Of a stretch of 64,000 nucleotides of DNA, positions 14,101 through 27,720 are shown in pieces (within the stretch, counting starts at the first letter, position 1; every line of letters starts with the position of its first letter). Source of the DNA: Amphiscolops sp. MND2022 (lineage: Eukaryota); the NCBI GenBank assembly GCA_964187785.1, contig OZ076409.1, positions 79,486,001 to 79,550,000 on the forward strand. The letters run 5' to 3'. The position numbers were made by a program, and so were the translations under genes. The notes under the pieces are model-generated. The model had not been told where the DNA came from. It did not search any database and saw only the letters and a list, made by a program, of their open reading frames with translations.

Positions 14101-17100
14101 CATCCGCGTTTTGAATTTTGTTTTTTTTCTCCAAAGATCGATGTTTTTTCATTGCGACCTCTTCCTTATTTTTTTTCATCTGAGCCCCACATTTTTACTG
14201 AAAACGAAACGTTTTGCGAGCTTAAAGGACTCCTCAGGGCTTTCGGCACTATGCGACCTACCGGAGACTTTCACCGAAAAATCATTTCGGAAACTTTCGG
14301 ATATAAGTTTTTTCTCATTTTTGGTTTTTGAAAAGTTTTTGGTTGAGAAAGATGGATTTTCGCTGTTCCGAATTGGGGAAAATGGTATTCCAGTCTAGTG
14401 CGTTCCCTTGGGGTAGTTTTTGGCACTGTAAATAGGTTAAAAATTTAACAATGTGTTTTTACTTTTGATTCGCCGTCTGATATTTAGTGCTTATTTAGTT
14501 TTCTCTTCAAAAGTTTGCAACTTTCTTTGCTTAGAATCTGTGTTCAAAAGTTTTCCAACATGAATTTCAGTTTCAAGTTAAATAGTATAAAAATGACTTT
14601 AGCGGAGTTGATTTTCGAGAATGCTTCATTTTCAAAACTTTCAGGCAATAGCAAGATGCTCTCCTTTCCAACCGGTTTCAGGAATAGTTTTAGTCGGTGT
14701 TTTTAGTCGGCGCTTCAAGAAGTGAAACGCGACTATTAAAATAACTATTTCTTTTCAACCCACACGAATTGACCAAAAGAGTTCTACAAAAGTTTTACGA
14801 AATTTTATTGTGTCAAATTGAACTGTTCGGCCTAGCGAACTCAACCAAAAAAGTTTTTTCCTATTTTTCGGCGTAACATAGAGTACTGGGCGAGACTAAA
14901 GGTCCCCCTTTCAGCTTTTTGGCGTTGCCTTTATTGATATGGTATATGTCTTTATTTTTTCTGGACGACCGTCTGGTTTCATCCTTAGTTGCATTTGGTT
15001 CATCATCTCTGTTTATTTCATGTGCTGCTGTCTGGCTATCTTCTCTCTCAAAATCTGATATTACGTGCTTATGGCATTTCTCCTTTTTCCGGGTAGATTC
15101 ATGGTTCTCATCATGAAATCTGAAAGGAATCTACATCATTCATTGGACCTAATCAGAAACGAATAAATAGCGAATCACAACAACGAAACAATGAAAGAAA
15201 GCCAACTCGACAGGGAGCAGCAGAATAAGCAGATAACTTTACGCACGACAGGAACAGAAACGTAGCACTCCACAAAGCACACACACTTAACAAAGCTCAC
15301 ATTTTTTGTTTTCTTTATCGAAAGTTTTTTTAAAGTCTCCAAAGGGTCCCCCTTTCGTTTTTTGATACTTTGCAACAGAATGAATGGTAAAAAATCTCAC
15401 AGGGTCCCCGTTTTAGAGGTTTGGGATTGTTAGATGTTTCAAAATGAATGTTTTTCGTCTTAAAAATAGGTTTTTTCAAGCCCAGCAAGCTACATCCGCA
15501 TTTTGAATTTTGTTTTTTTTCTCCAAAGATCGATGTTTTTTCATTGCGACCTCTTTCTTATTTTTTTTTCATCCGAGCCCACATTTTCTACTAAAAACGA
15601 AACGTTTTGCGAGCTCAAAGGACTCCTCAGGGCTTTCGGCACTATGCGACTTACCGGAGACTTTTGTCGAAAAATCATTTCGGAAATATTTGGATATAGA
15701 TTTTTTCTCGTTTTTTGTTTTTTGAAAAGTTTTTGGTTGAGAAAGATGGATTCTCGCTGTTCCGAATTGTGGAAAATGGTATTCGAGTATAGTGCGTTCC
15801 TTGGGGCAGTTTTTGGCACTGTAAGCAGGTTAAAAATTTAACAATGTGTTTTTACTTTTGATTCGCCGTCTGATATTTAGTGCTTATTTGGTTTTCTCTT
15901 CAAAAGTTTGCAACTTTCTTTGCTTAGCATCTGTGTTCAAAAGTTTTCCAACATGAATTTCAGTTTAAAGTTAAATAGTATAAAAATGACTTTACCGGAG
16001 TTGATTTTCGGCAATGTTTCATTTTCAAAACTTTCAGGCAATAGCAAGATGCTCTCCTTTCCAACTGGTTTCAGGAATGTTTTTAGTCGGTGTTTTTAGT
16101 CGGCGCTTTAAGAAGTGAAACGCGACTATTATAATAACTGTTTTTTTTCACTCAACACGAACTGACCAAAAGAGTTCTACGGAAGTTTTACGAAATTTTA
16201 TGGTATCAAAGTGAACTGTTTGGCCTAGCGAACTCAACCAAAAAAGTTTTTCCTGTTTTTCGGCGTAACGTAGAGTACTGGGCGAGACTAAAGGTCCCCC
16301 TTTCAGCTTTTTGGCGTTGCCTTTATTGATATGGTATATGTCTTTACTTTTTCTGGACGACCGTCTGGTTTCATCCTTAGTTGCATTTGGTTCATCATCT
16401 CTGTTTATTTCATGTGCTGCTGTCTGGCTATCTTCTCTCTCAATATCTGATATTACGTGCCTTTGGCATTTCTCCTTTTTCCGGGTAGATTCATGGTTCT
16501 CATCGTGAAATCTGAAAGGAATCTACATGATTCATTGGACCTAATCAGAAACGGATAAATAGCGAATCACAACAACGAAACAATGAAAGAAAGCCAACTC
16601 GACAGGGAGCAGCAGAATAAGCAGATAACTTTACGCACGACAGGAACAGAAACGTAGCACTCCACAAAGCACACACACTTAACAAAGCTCACATTTTTTG
16701 TTTTCTTTATCGAAAGTTTTTTTAAAGTCTCCAAAGGGTCCCCCTTTCGTTTTTTGATACTTTGCAACAGAATGAATGGTAAAAAATCTCACAGGGTCCC
16801 CGTTTTAGAGGTTTGGGATTGTTAGATGTTTCAAAATGAATGTTTTTCGTCTTAAAAATAGGTTTTTTCAAGCCCAGCAAGCTACATCCGCATTTTGAAT
16901 TTTGTTTTTTTTCTCCAAAGATCGATGTTTTTTCATTGCGACCTCTTTCTTATTTTTTTTTCATCCGAGCCCACATTTTCTACTAAAAACGAAACGTTTT
17001 GCGAGCTCAAAGGACTCCTCAGGGCTTTCGGCACTATGCGACTTACCGGAGACTTTTGTCGAAAAATCATTTCGGAAATATTTGGATATAGATTTTTTCT

Positions 17101-19107
17101 CGTTTTTTGTTTTTTGAAAAGTTTTTGGTTGAGAAAGATGGATTCTCGCTGTTCCGAATTGTGGAAAATGGTATTCGAGTATAGTGCGTTCCTTGGGGCA
17201 GTTTTTGGCACTGTAAGCAGGTTAAAAATTTAACAATGTGTTTTTACTTTTGATTCGCCGTCTGATATTTAGTGCTTATTTGGTTTTCTCTTCAAAAGTT
17301 CGCAACTTTCTTTGCTTAGCATCTGTGTTCAAAAGTTTTCCAACATGAATTTCAGTTTAAAGTTAAATAGTATAAAAATGACTTTACCGGAGTTGATTTT
17401 CGGCAATGTTTCATTTTCAAAACTTTCAGGCAATAGCAAGATGCTCTCCTTTCCAACTGGTTTCAGGAATGTTTTTAGTCGGTGTTTTTAGTCGGCGCTT
17501 TAAGAAGTGAAACGCGACTATTATAATAACTGTTTTTTTTTCACTCAACACGAACTGACCAAAAGAGTTCTACGGAAGTTTTACGAAATTTTATGGTATC
17601 AAAGTGAACTGTTTGGCCTAGCGAACTCAACCAAAAAAGTTTTTCCTGTTTTTCGGCGTAACGTAGAGTACTGGGCGAGACTAAAAGGTCCCCCCTTTCA
17701 GTTTTTTGGCGTTGCCTTTATTGATATGATATTTGTATTTATTTTTCCTGGACGACCGTCTGGTTTCATCCTTAGTTGCATTTGGTTCATCCCCTCTGTT
17801 CAATTCTTGTGCTGCTGTATGGCGATCTTCTCTCTCAATATCTGATGTTACATGCCTCTGGCATTCTTTCCTTATTCCGGGTAGTTTCTTGGTTCTCATC
17901 GTGAAATCTGAAAGGAACCTACATAATTAATTGGACCTACTCAGAAACGGTTAAACAGCGAATCACAACAACGAACCAATGAAAGAAAGCCAACTCAACA
18001 GCGAGCAGCAGAATAAGCAGATAACTTTACGCACGACAGGAACAGAAAAGTAGCACTCCACAAAGCACACACACACTTAACAAAGCTCACAATTTTTGTT
18101 TTCTTTCTCGAAGATTTTCTTAAAGTCTCCAAAGGGTCCCCCTTTCACTTTTTGATACTTTGCAACAAAACGAATGTTAAAAAATCTCACAGGGTCCCCG
18201 TTTTAGAGGATTGGGATTGTTAAATGTTTCAAAATGAATGTTTTTCGTCTTAAAAATAGGTTTTTTCAGGCCCAGCAAGCTACATACGCATTTTGAATTT
18301 TGTTTTTTTTTTCAAAGATTGATGTTTTTTCATTACGACAATTTTCTTATTTTTTTCAGCTAAGTCCCACATTTTTTACTGAAAACGAAACGTTTTGCGA
18401 GCATAAAGGACTCCTCGGGGTTTTCGGCACTATGCGACTTACCGGAGACTTTCATCGAAAAAACTTTCCGGAAATTTTCGGATATAGGATTTTTCTCAGT
18501 TTTTGTTTTTTGAAATGTTTTCGGTTGAGAAAGATGGATTTTTGCTGTTCCGAATTGGGGAAAATGCTATTCGAGTCTAATGCGTTCCCTTGGGGTAGTT
18601 TTTGGCACTGTAAACAGGATAAAATTTTAACAATGTGTTTTTACCTTCGATTATCCGTCTGATATTTAGTGCTTATTTGGTATTCTCTTCAAAAGTTCGC
18701 AACTTTCTTTGCTTAGCATCTGTGTACCAAAGTTTTCTAACATGAATTTCAGTTTAAAGTTAAATAGTATGTAAATGACTTTAGCGGAGTTGATTTTCGG
18801 CAATGTTTCATTTTCAAAACTTTCAGGCAATAGCAAGATGTTCTCGTTTCCAACCGGTTTCAGGAAAGTTTTTAGTCGGTGTTTTTAGTCGACGCTTCAA
18901 GAAGTGAAACGCGACTATTATAAGAACTATTTTTTTCAATCCACACGAACTGACCAAAAGAGTTCTACGAAAGTTTTACGAAATTTTATGGTGTCAAAAT
19001 GAACTGTTTGGCCTAGCGAAATCAACAAAAAAAGTTTTTCCTGTTTTTCAACGTAACATAGATAACTGGGCGAGACTAAGAGGTTCCCCCTTTCAGTTTT
19101 TGGTGTT
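8150..19107. repeat. Tandem macrosatellite, 8 units of ~1.39 kb (LTR plus HINE-like DNA)
   Basis: Marker 'gatatgg/gatatga' at 8151, 9537, 10931, 12320, 13704, 14936, 16328, 17723. Unit 5 is ~160 bp shorter. The ORF track repeats at the same period. Confidence 0.95.
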
Positions 19108-20273
19108 ATGAGACTTTTTTTCGCAATTTTTTCTTCAAAGGGTCCCCTTTAATTTTTTTTGATGTTTGGCGACAAAATGGATGTTAAAAAATCCCAAAGG
19201 GTACCGTTTCGGTTTGTTTCGGCATTGTGAGACTTTTTTCCCGGAAAAAAATTTCCCCAAAGGGTGTCCCCCCTTCAATTTTTTGATGTTTTGCAACAAT
19301 GCATGTTAAAAAGTCCGAAAGTCCTTTTAGCGCGCCGATTTGATCCAACTTTTGGGCCTTTTGGGTATTGTAAAAGAAAACTTGACACTTTGAAGTCCAC
19401 ATTACAGTGCACAGGCAAGCTTTTTGCTGCTTTTCGTGGAATCTGGGACACGAAAATTGAGAAAAGTCGTGGAATTCAGGACAAAACTTCTCTTTGATGT
19501 TAAGCGTGTCTTGGATTCCACGACAGTGCTTGTCCTGGATTCCACGCCAACACTGCTGCTATAATGACACTTTTGCCGCTGCTCTCTGATTGGTCCGCTG
19601 ATTTTGAGTAATCATTTTTGGAAAGGTAGAAAAATTTAAATTAATTCAATTTTATATCAAAGGAAATTGTTTTGATTGACACGAAAAATCCCAAAGTACG
19701 AATAGATATACTCATGACTGGTACCAAAACTAAAGCATGTCATCAAATAATGGCAGATTGTGATGATCTTGCAGTTTGTTCAAAACTGGTACTAAACTGA
19801 AAAATACAAAAGTTTTGTGTGATATTGGTGTGATTGTCTGAATCATTTTGAATTAATGTACGAAAAGTAGTGCATATTATTATGTTTGTTCAGTCTTTCA
19901 CTTGAATTTAATTCAAGAAAAGATGCCGCGTATCGCGTCAAGCATAATGTCGTGGAATCCAGGAAATTTATGATTTCTGCAATCTGATTGGTTCAATCCG
20001 CAAAACTTACGTTTTTGTTGAATCCGGGACACCGCTGCATGCCGACAGTTCGTACAGCTAAGCATTTGTTACTGGAATCCACGACTAAATCCGTAGAATC
20101 CGGGACAAATGACGTAATTTGCCAATTTTGCACGGTTAAAGGTATGGTCGTGGAATCCGAGATATTGAACGCACTATGTTGCGCTTTGAGCAAATAAGGC
20201 TTGCCTGTGCACTCTAATGCATTTGCTATTTTTGAGCCTTAGATATGGCGCCGACTTATGTCGTTCCCGGCTT
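18884..20273 (-). mobile_element. HINE-like dispersed repeat copy, host of the MITE
   Basis: Minus-strand head 'aagccgggaacgac..aagtcggcgccatatctaaggctcaaaaa' at ~20230-20273. Terminal hairpin 'tttttagtcgacgc..cgcgactatt' at ~18884. Confidence 0.6.
19405..20214. mobile_element. Tc1/mariner-type MITE
   Basis: TA-CAGTGCACAGGCAAGC ... GCTTGCCTGTGCACTC-TA TIRs (1 mismatch) with TA on both sides. Internal 'gtggaatc' motifs occur in both orientations. No transposase. Confidence 0.85.
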
Positions 20274-20440
20274 AATTCAATCATTTTTTTGTTAGATAAC
20301 AATTTCTACTCTGAAAGGACCACTTTGTACAAAATTCTAGCCTACGAAATAAAGTATTAACAGGCGCTAATGAGTCCTTTTAAGTTCACTTCAATTGTAT
20401 ATCACTCGTGTTCCTCTTTGGATTTTTTTGGCACTTATAG

Positions 20441-23400
20441 TTTTTTTGAGGCTTCGAGCGAGCGAAGCGAAGCGACGAAGTCTCTATTGTTCCGCGTTTA
20501 CTAGCGTTTTGGTTTTTTTTTCGCGTGACATACCCTCTGCATTTGTATTAATTGAAGGCTATTTTCTCAGAGCCTATTTTTCCGCGACCATCCAAACTTT
20601 ACAAAAAGAAACGCAACTTGATGCTCTTTCTAACCGTGTAAAAACTTTCCGAAAATTTTCCACCGGCGCGATTTTATTAGCTTCGAAAGCGCGAAATTTT
20701 CGAAAATTTTTAGGGTTTTTGTCGATTTTGCTATTTTTCTTTTCGCAAACAACAGCGAATTGGCCCGATGTAGGTACTAACCGACGTAAAACGATGTTTT
20801 CTTTAATTTGGTGAAAGTTTTTTTATCCTAGAATTATTGGGCTTTGCGAAAATGACCATTAAAAATAGGAAAAATTTTCGGTTTTTTTGCGTAAAAAATT
20901 TCTCAACCTTTTTTCAAGTAGCAATCAGTTCTAATCCAAGCAGTGGTGTTTCTACTCGATAACAGGTCTGCTTAGCTGCCCAAAGTTAGAAATTGGAAAG
21001 TCACAACGTTTACGTCGGACAGATAGAGACAAAAAAGTTTTCAAATTTTTTGAATTTTTGATAAATTGCTCTCTTTATTCAATTTTGTAAAAGTTTTGGC
21101 CTATTTTCTCGGAGCCTAATACTTCGAGACCATCCAAAAACTCAACAAATTGTTGGAATTGAATTTGTTGGTGAAGATTTAAATGTTGTTGGATTTTCGG
21201 GCAGTGAGAAAATAGCGATTCAATATCGAAAATTTTTTTGGAACATAATTTTTTTCGAGAATTTTGGAGCTTTCACTAATTTTGCTCATTTCTACAATAC
21301 AAACAACGTCGACCCGGCATAAAATACGTCCTATCCGACTTTTTTCACATGTTTAAAGTTTCAATGTGCTACATTTTTTGGTAGTTGAGAAAATGGCGAT
21401 TGAAATTCTGAAAATTTACGTTTTTTCCCAATTTTTTCCAAGCTTTTTTCTGTTAGTTCTGTTCATTTTTGATTTTTTGGCCGTTTTCTCACAAGGGATT
21501 GCTTCAAGACGATTCGAAAAACAGCAATATTTTGTTCTTTAGCAGCTTTCCCAGAAATTTTTGGCCGGTGCGTATTTATAACGAAATACGAAAACCGCAA
21601 ATTTTTATTTTTTTTGCAGACTTTGCTCCTTTCCTGTAATCAAACCACTTGGAACCGCGGCAGTGTAGGAACTGACCGTCATTCAGGACTGTGATATTAG
21701 CCTGGATAAAAGAATTCATTGATACGCGAATTTGCCGTCGAAAAAACTGCGATTGAAAATTCTTCCGGAAATAGTTTTTGAGGCGATTTATACTAGTTAT
21801 CGGTTCAATGGGATCTCATATCATTTCCGCTCAAACCATATAGTCCTAAGACTGTAGGCGAAAAGCTCGAAGCAATTAGATGCATGCGGAAAGTACTCGA
21901 ATAGACGAGATAAATGTGCTGTGGAACGTCTTTCTACGCAAATTTGGGTTTTTTCTCAAACAATTAAACTTCATACATTAAAGGTCGTTCGTGGTGCGGG
22001 CCTTCTGATTCTTTTCGAGTAATACTCGGATCGCAATCAGTAAAACGAGAAAACCACCCACAGGTCGTTAAAGGTGCCCACGGGCCTACTATTCTGTGAG
22101 GAATAGTGAAACGAGAAAACCGGTTCATGAGCACATTACGAGGTAACGTCCAAAATTAGCATTTGGTTCGACTGTTATTAGATTATCTCTTATTCAAATG
22201 TTAAATCGGTTATTCAAATTCCTGTTTTTTCGTGGATTGATTAGTTATCGATGATGTGGTTGTTTGAAGCGTAAAACGGCGAAATTTCCGTTCTTAACGT
22301 ATTCTATCCAGTGAATATCTGCACAGAAGGTATTATGCATTACCGCAATATTCCTGAGAGATTTGATGTCATATGCAACGATTAAATCAAGACAACACTA
22401 AGTTATATTCACACCTCGCTGTGCAATGATATTCAACTACGTTGTATTGAAAACAAAAATGATTTCGGATCTTTTCGTGATTTTGCCCTATTCGCAAATT
22501 TTAACAGGTTATTCATCCTCTGGAATACGTTTCCAACGGTGCCCACTGATGCTGGAAGGTTGTTTGATGCACAATTCAGCTAATTTTTAGAACTGAAAGT
22601 ATACTTGCTAGTGATGGCACATATCAACCGTCCTATTGATAACTAGGGCAGCCCTTCCTTTTATATAGTGGTAAAGGCCGAAAAAGTTAAGCTTCATAGG
22701 ATTAATACCCGCAGTTCTTTTCAATTTCATTGTATTTTGTGCATTCTCGTGCCGTATATAACCTTAGCTATTCGTCATAGCTAATAACTTGGTAATATGG
22801 TTCAAACGCAATTGATGATAGTCAATTATGGCTGCGGGACCTGTCGCTCGAAGCCGTGCGCAAATTCCTTTGCGCCTACGTTTTCGCGTGACATACCCTC
22901 TGCATTTGTATTAATTGAAGGCTATTTTCTCAGAGCCTATTTTTCCGCGACCATCCAAACTTTCCAAAAAGAAACGCAACTTGATGCTCTTTCTAACCGT
23001 GTAAAAACTTTCCGAAAATTTTCCACCGGCGCGATTTTATTAGCTTCGAAAGCGCGAAATTTTCGAAAATTTTTAGGGTTTTCGTCGATTTTGCTATTTT
23101 TCTTTTCGCAAACCACAGCGAATTGGCCCGATGTAGGTACTAACCGACGTAAAACGATGTTTTCTTTAATTTGGTGAAAGTTTTTTTATCCTAGAATTAT
23201 TGGGCTTTGCGAAAATGACCATTAAAAATAGGAAAAATTTTCGGTTTTTTTGCGTAAAAAATTTCTCAACCTTTTTTCAAGTAGCAATCAGTTCTAATCC
23301 AAGCAGTGGTGTTTCTACTCGATATCAGGTCTGCTTAGCTGCCCAAAGTTAGAAATTGGAAAGTCACAACGTTTACGTCGGACAGATAGAGACAAAAAAG

Positions 23401-25245
23401 TTTTCAAATTTTTTGAATTTTTGATAAATTGCTCTCTTTATTCAATTTTGTAAAAGTTTTGGCCTATTTTCTCGGAGCCTAATACTTCGAGACCATCCAA
23501 AAACTCAGCAAATTGTTGGAACTGAATTTGTTGGTGAAGATTTAAATGTTGTTGGATTTTCGGGCAGTGAGAAAATAGCGATTCAATATCGAAAATTTTT
23601 TTGAAACATAATTTTTTTCGAAAATTTTGGAGCTTTCACTAATTTTGCTCATTTCTACATTACAAACAACGTCGACCCGGCATAAAATACGTCCTATCCG
23701 ACTTCTTTCACATGTTTAAAGTTTCAATGTGCTACATTTTTTGGTGGTTGAGAAAATGGCGATTGAAATTCTGAAAATTTACGTTTTTTCCCAATTTTTT
23801 CCAAGCTTTTTTCTGTTAATAGTTCTGTTCATTTTTGTTTTTTGGCCGTTTTCTCACAAGGGATTGCTTCAAGACGATTCGAAAAACAGCAATATTTTGT
23901 TCTTTAGCAGCTTTCCCAGAAATTTTTGGCCGGTGCGTATTTATAACGAAATACGAAAACCGCAAATTTTTATTTTTTTTGCAGACTTTGCTCCTTTCCT
24001 GTAATCAAACCACTTGGAACCGCGGCAGTGTAGGAACTGACCGTCATTCAGGACTGTGATATTAGCCTGGATAAAAGAATTCATTGATACGCGAATTTGC
24101 CGTCGAAAAAACTGCGATTGAAAATTCTTCCGGAAATAGTTTATGAGCCGATTTATACTAGTTATCGGTTCAATGGGATCTCATATCATTTCCGCTCAAA
24201 CCATATAGTCCTAAGACTGTAGGCGAAAAGCTCGAAGCAATTAGATGCATGCGGAAAGTACTCGAATAGACGAGATAAATGCGCTGTGGAACGTCTTTCT
24301 ACGCAAATTTGGGTTTTTTCTCAAACAATTAAACTTCATACATTAAAGGTCGTTCGTGGTGCGGGCCTTCTGATTCTTTTCGAGTAATACTCGGATCGCA
24401 ATCAGTAAAACGAGAAAACCACCCACAGGTCGTTAAAGGTGCGGGCCTACTATTCTGTGAGGAATAGTGAAACGAGAAAACCGGTTCATGAGCACATTAC
24501 GAGGTAACGTCCAAAATTAGCATTTGGTTCGACTGTTATTAGATTATCTCTTATTCAAATGTTAAATCGGTTATTCAAATTCCTGTTTTTTCGTGGATTG
24601 ATTAGTTATCGATGATGTGGTTGTTTGAAGCGTAAAACGGCGAAATTTCCGTTCTTAACGTATTCTATCCAGTGAATATCTGCACAGAAGGTATTATGCA
24701 TTACCGCAATATTCCTGAGAGATTTGATGTCATATGCAACGATTAAATCAAGACAACACTAAGTTATATTCACACCTCGCTGTGCAATGATATTCAACTA
24801 CGTTGTATTGAAAACAAAAATGATTTCGGATCTTTTCGTGATTTTGCCCTATTCGCAAATTTTAACAGGTTATTCATCCTCTGGAATACGTTTCCAACGG
24901 TGCCCACTGATGCTGGAAGGTTGTTTGATGCACAATTCAGCTAATTTTTAGAACTGAAAGTATACTTGCTAGTGATGGCACATATCAACCGTCCTATTGA
25001 TAACTAGGGCAGCCCTTCCTTTTATATAGTGGTAAAGGCCGAAAAAGTTAAGCTTCATAGGATTAATACCCGCAGTTCTTTTCAATTTCATTGTATTTTG
25101 TGCATTCTCGTGCCGTATATAACCTTAGCTATTCGTCATAGCTAATAACTTGGTAATATGGTTCAAACGCAATTGATGATAGTCAATTATGGCTGCGGGA
25201 CCTGTCGCTCGAAGCCGTGCGCAAATTCCTTTGCGCCTATATTTT
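20441..25245 (+). mobile_element. Helentron/HINE (DINE-1-like) non-autonomous element as a head-to-tail dimer (~2363-bp period)
   Basis: 5' subTIR ggcttcgagcga (20450-20461) is the exact reverse complement of tcgctcgaagcc (22844-22855 and 25205-25216). Each is followed by hairpin gcgcaaa-ttcc-tttgcgc. Flanks are T-rich and the two units are near-identical. Confidence 0.8.
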
Positions 25246-26629
25246 ATTTTCACTCCCCCTACGTAACAGACGTTTCTCGAGGCTAAAGGGGTTACTATCC
25301 CCATTTGGTTTGTTGTAAGTAGAGCTTAGTTGTTCCCAATGCAAGATCGAATTCTCCAAAGTTACACTGGGAAGTAGTTTTGTGATCATGTATCTTCACG
25401 GTATTTTTCTCAAAAAATGTTTTTGGCAATCGGATCATTGCTATAAGTGAATTGAATCACATGGATCATACTACTGTCATGAAAGATACTACTGTCATTC
25501 AGAGAAGAACGCTGCGAAAAAAATTCTTTGGAAGCAGACACTCCGTAGACAGACTTCCCCATTACCGCGTTTGGATGCCGAATAGACAGTTCTGCTTTTC
25601 TAAGCCGGCGCACTTCTGAATGCTATTACCCCATAGTAAATAGCAAATTGTGGTACCATATTTGCAGTCAAGTAAGCAAGAAATACTTGGGATGAAATAG
25701 TGGTTTTAAAGGTCAGAAAGGCCTGATTGCCCACCGTTGCTCTTTTTAATTTGCCGTCGAATGCTTTATTTTTTGTCAGGACCATACCACTAAACCTTCC
25801 GCTGAAGGATTTGCTCAAGGCCCAACAATGGTGGGTTGAGAGAGATTCGATCCTGATACTGTCCTGGGCGAAGGCTTTAACCACTACACCATGCTCTGCA
25901 AAACACTCAATGAAATTACTACAAAAAATCATCGTTTTCTCTTGTTATTTCTTTAATATGTTGTCATAACGTAGTAAATTGTATGTGGTCTTCGACATAA
26001 TTTTTTGAACTTTTTGAAGCGCTTTGAAGCTCAATATTTTGTTGGCAGATTCGATTGCTTACTTTATGTCGATACTGAATTTTGTTTCTTGAGTGAGCTA
26101 GTTAAGCAAAAAAAAACGTTTGTGGGTATCCTCATCCTACAAAAATGGACACTCAATGTGTAATTTTCATTTTGAACAGTACTTCATTCAACTTCAAGTG
26201 TCTTCCTGAGTCTTTTCATGGGTTCCATACATTTTCTGACTTCATGTTGGTTTTTGAATGGAAACGAAGTCTCCATAAAGCTTTCGTAGTGTCCTGTCGT
26301 CAATACCTTCAGTCCTGAAATCCTGTGACGTTCAATAATAACGTTGGTTACCTGAGATAAATCTTGCGTCGGTGCCTTGTCAAACATTTCAAAAACATTT
26401 TCAAACCCGCTTCGCGTGTTTATCTTTAGCAAATTATTTTCATCCCAGAAACAGTTTTGCTTGATCTTGAGAATCAAGGCAGTAAAATCAATGTTAGTGC
26501 GATGTTTTCAAAAAAAACCAAGAAAATTTCACCACCCTCACCTACCAACAAAACCAAAAAGGCATTATCTTTCACACTCTGGAAACGATCTCTTGAGAAA
26601 TTGCTTCTTTCATTTGCACTTCCTCCTTT

Positions 26630-27720
26630 TTCAAGAATCGCAGGGTGTTCCAAAAGCTGGGACGCAACCGGGAAAGCTTCTGATTCCACGGACAGTGCCA
26701 ACTCTTTCACAAGAGTTGGTTGTTCCTAAAGCATTTTCCCTCTGGAAACAGCTCCACATTTTCGGGGGAAAAGGTAAAATCCACATTGAATGGAAAATAC
26801 CGCAAAAATTCTGCCAGTCCGGATACTCTTGCAAGGCTTCTCTGCCTATTTGAGTGTTACATAGTTTTAAAATACCATCGGAAACTTTACTGTGCGGCAA
26901 AATTGCAGTCGACATCAAATATCTGGAGAACATTCTCATCCGTTCGTCATTTATAAAGCATATACTAAGGCCACGTTTTTGAAATTACCGATAAAATTTC
27001 TGTGTAAATTGAATATAGCACCCTTTGTGGGTACTGTTTGGGAATCCCGTCTCCACAGCACTTAAGATGAAAAGATATTTTATGAATCTGACTTTTTGAA
27101 CAAAGAGAACTTTTAAACGTTTTAAAATTCCTAATTCAATAAACAATTAATTCTAATTTGGATGTTTTTCTCTCATCCCTGATCTTTGCCCTTTTGTAAT
27201 CGGATATTACTTGTGCAGGTTCACAATGATTCCCGGTATCTTGCTGGATTTTGTTCCTTACAATCAGGAAAACTTTGCGGTAATGCCCCGTTGTTTTTCC
27301 ATCAATAAACGCCCATACCAAAGGAGGCTTCTGGCTGACCTTTAGGCCATGTATGATAAACAGCTGATTAAACAGCCGGGGCATGACTTGGAAGTTCCAT
27401 TGCATAAAGTAGCGGAGCAATCCGATAACGTTTGGGCCATTTGTTCGGTCGCAGAAATTTTTAAGTTTGAGCAGGAAACTTTTTTTTTACTCTTAAAACT
27501 TTGGAAATAGAGTCATTGTGGCCCCACATCGTGAAGTGCAGCATAGATAACAAGTACTTGGGGTTTTTTGTTCAACTTTTACAAATAACCATTGCAAAAG
27601 AAGTATTTTCCCCCATTTTTTGCGGAAACGAAAGGAAATTTTTGAACGGATTCGCATTGGTCCGCGAAAAGATTCCGCCATAATTTTCATTTTATTTTGA
27701 ACACAAAATGTGGCCATTGT
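26630..27720 (-). pseudogene. MULE/Mutator-like transposase relic
   Basis: FQVMPRLFNQLFIIHG..PLVWAFIDGKTTGHY..VISDYKRA (MULE core), WSCFQR..TTNSCE (RTNN-like motif) and an N-terminal FLYWCH-like YLCC..RCGA. Fragmented. Confidence 0.75.

Noticed and set aside
8150..19107. Recurrent 60-120 aa Phe/Lys-rich ORFs as a gene family
   Set aside because: They are translations of T/A-run-rich repeat DNA, broken by homopolymer indels between units.
25400..26620. ORF fragments downstream of the MULE relic
   Set aside because: Possibly transposon cargo, but no family was recognised and no TIRs were found.
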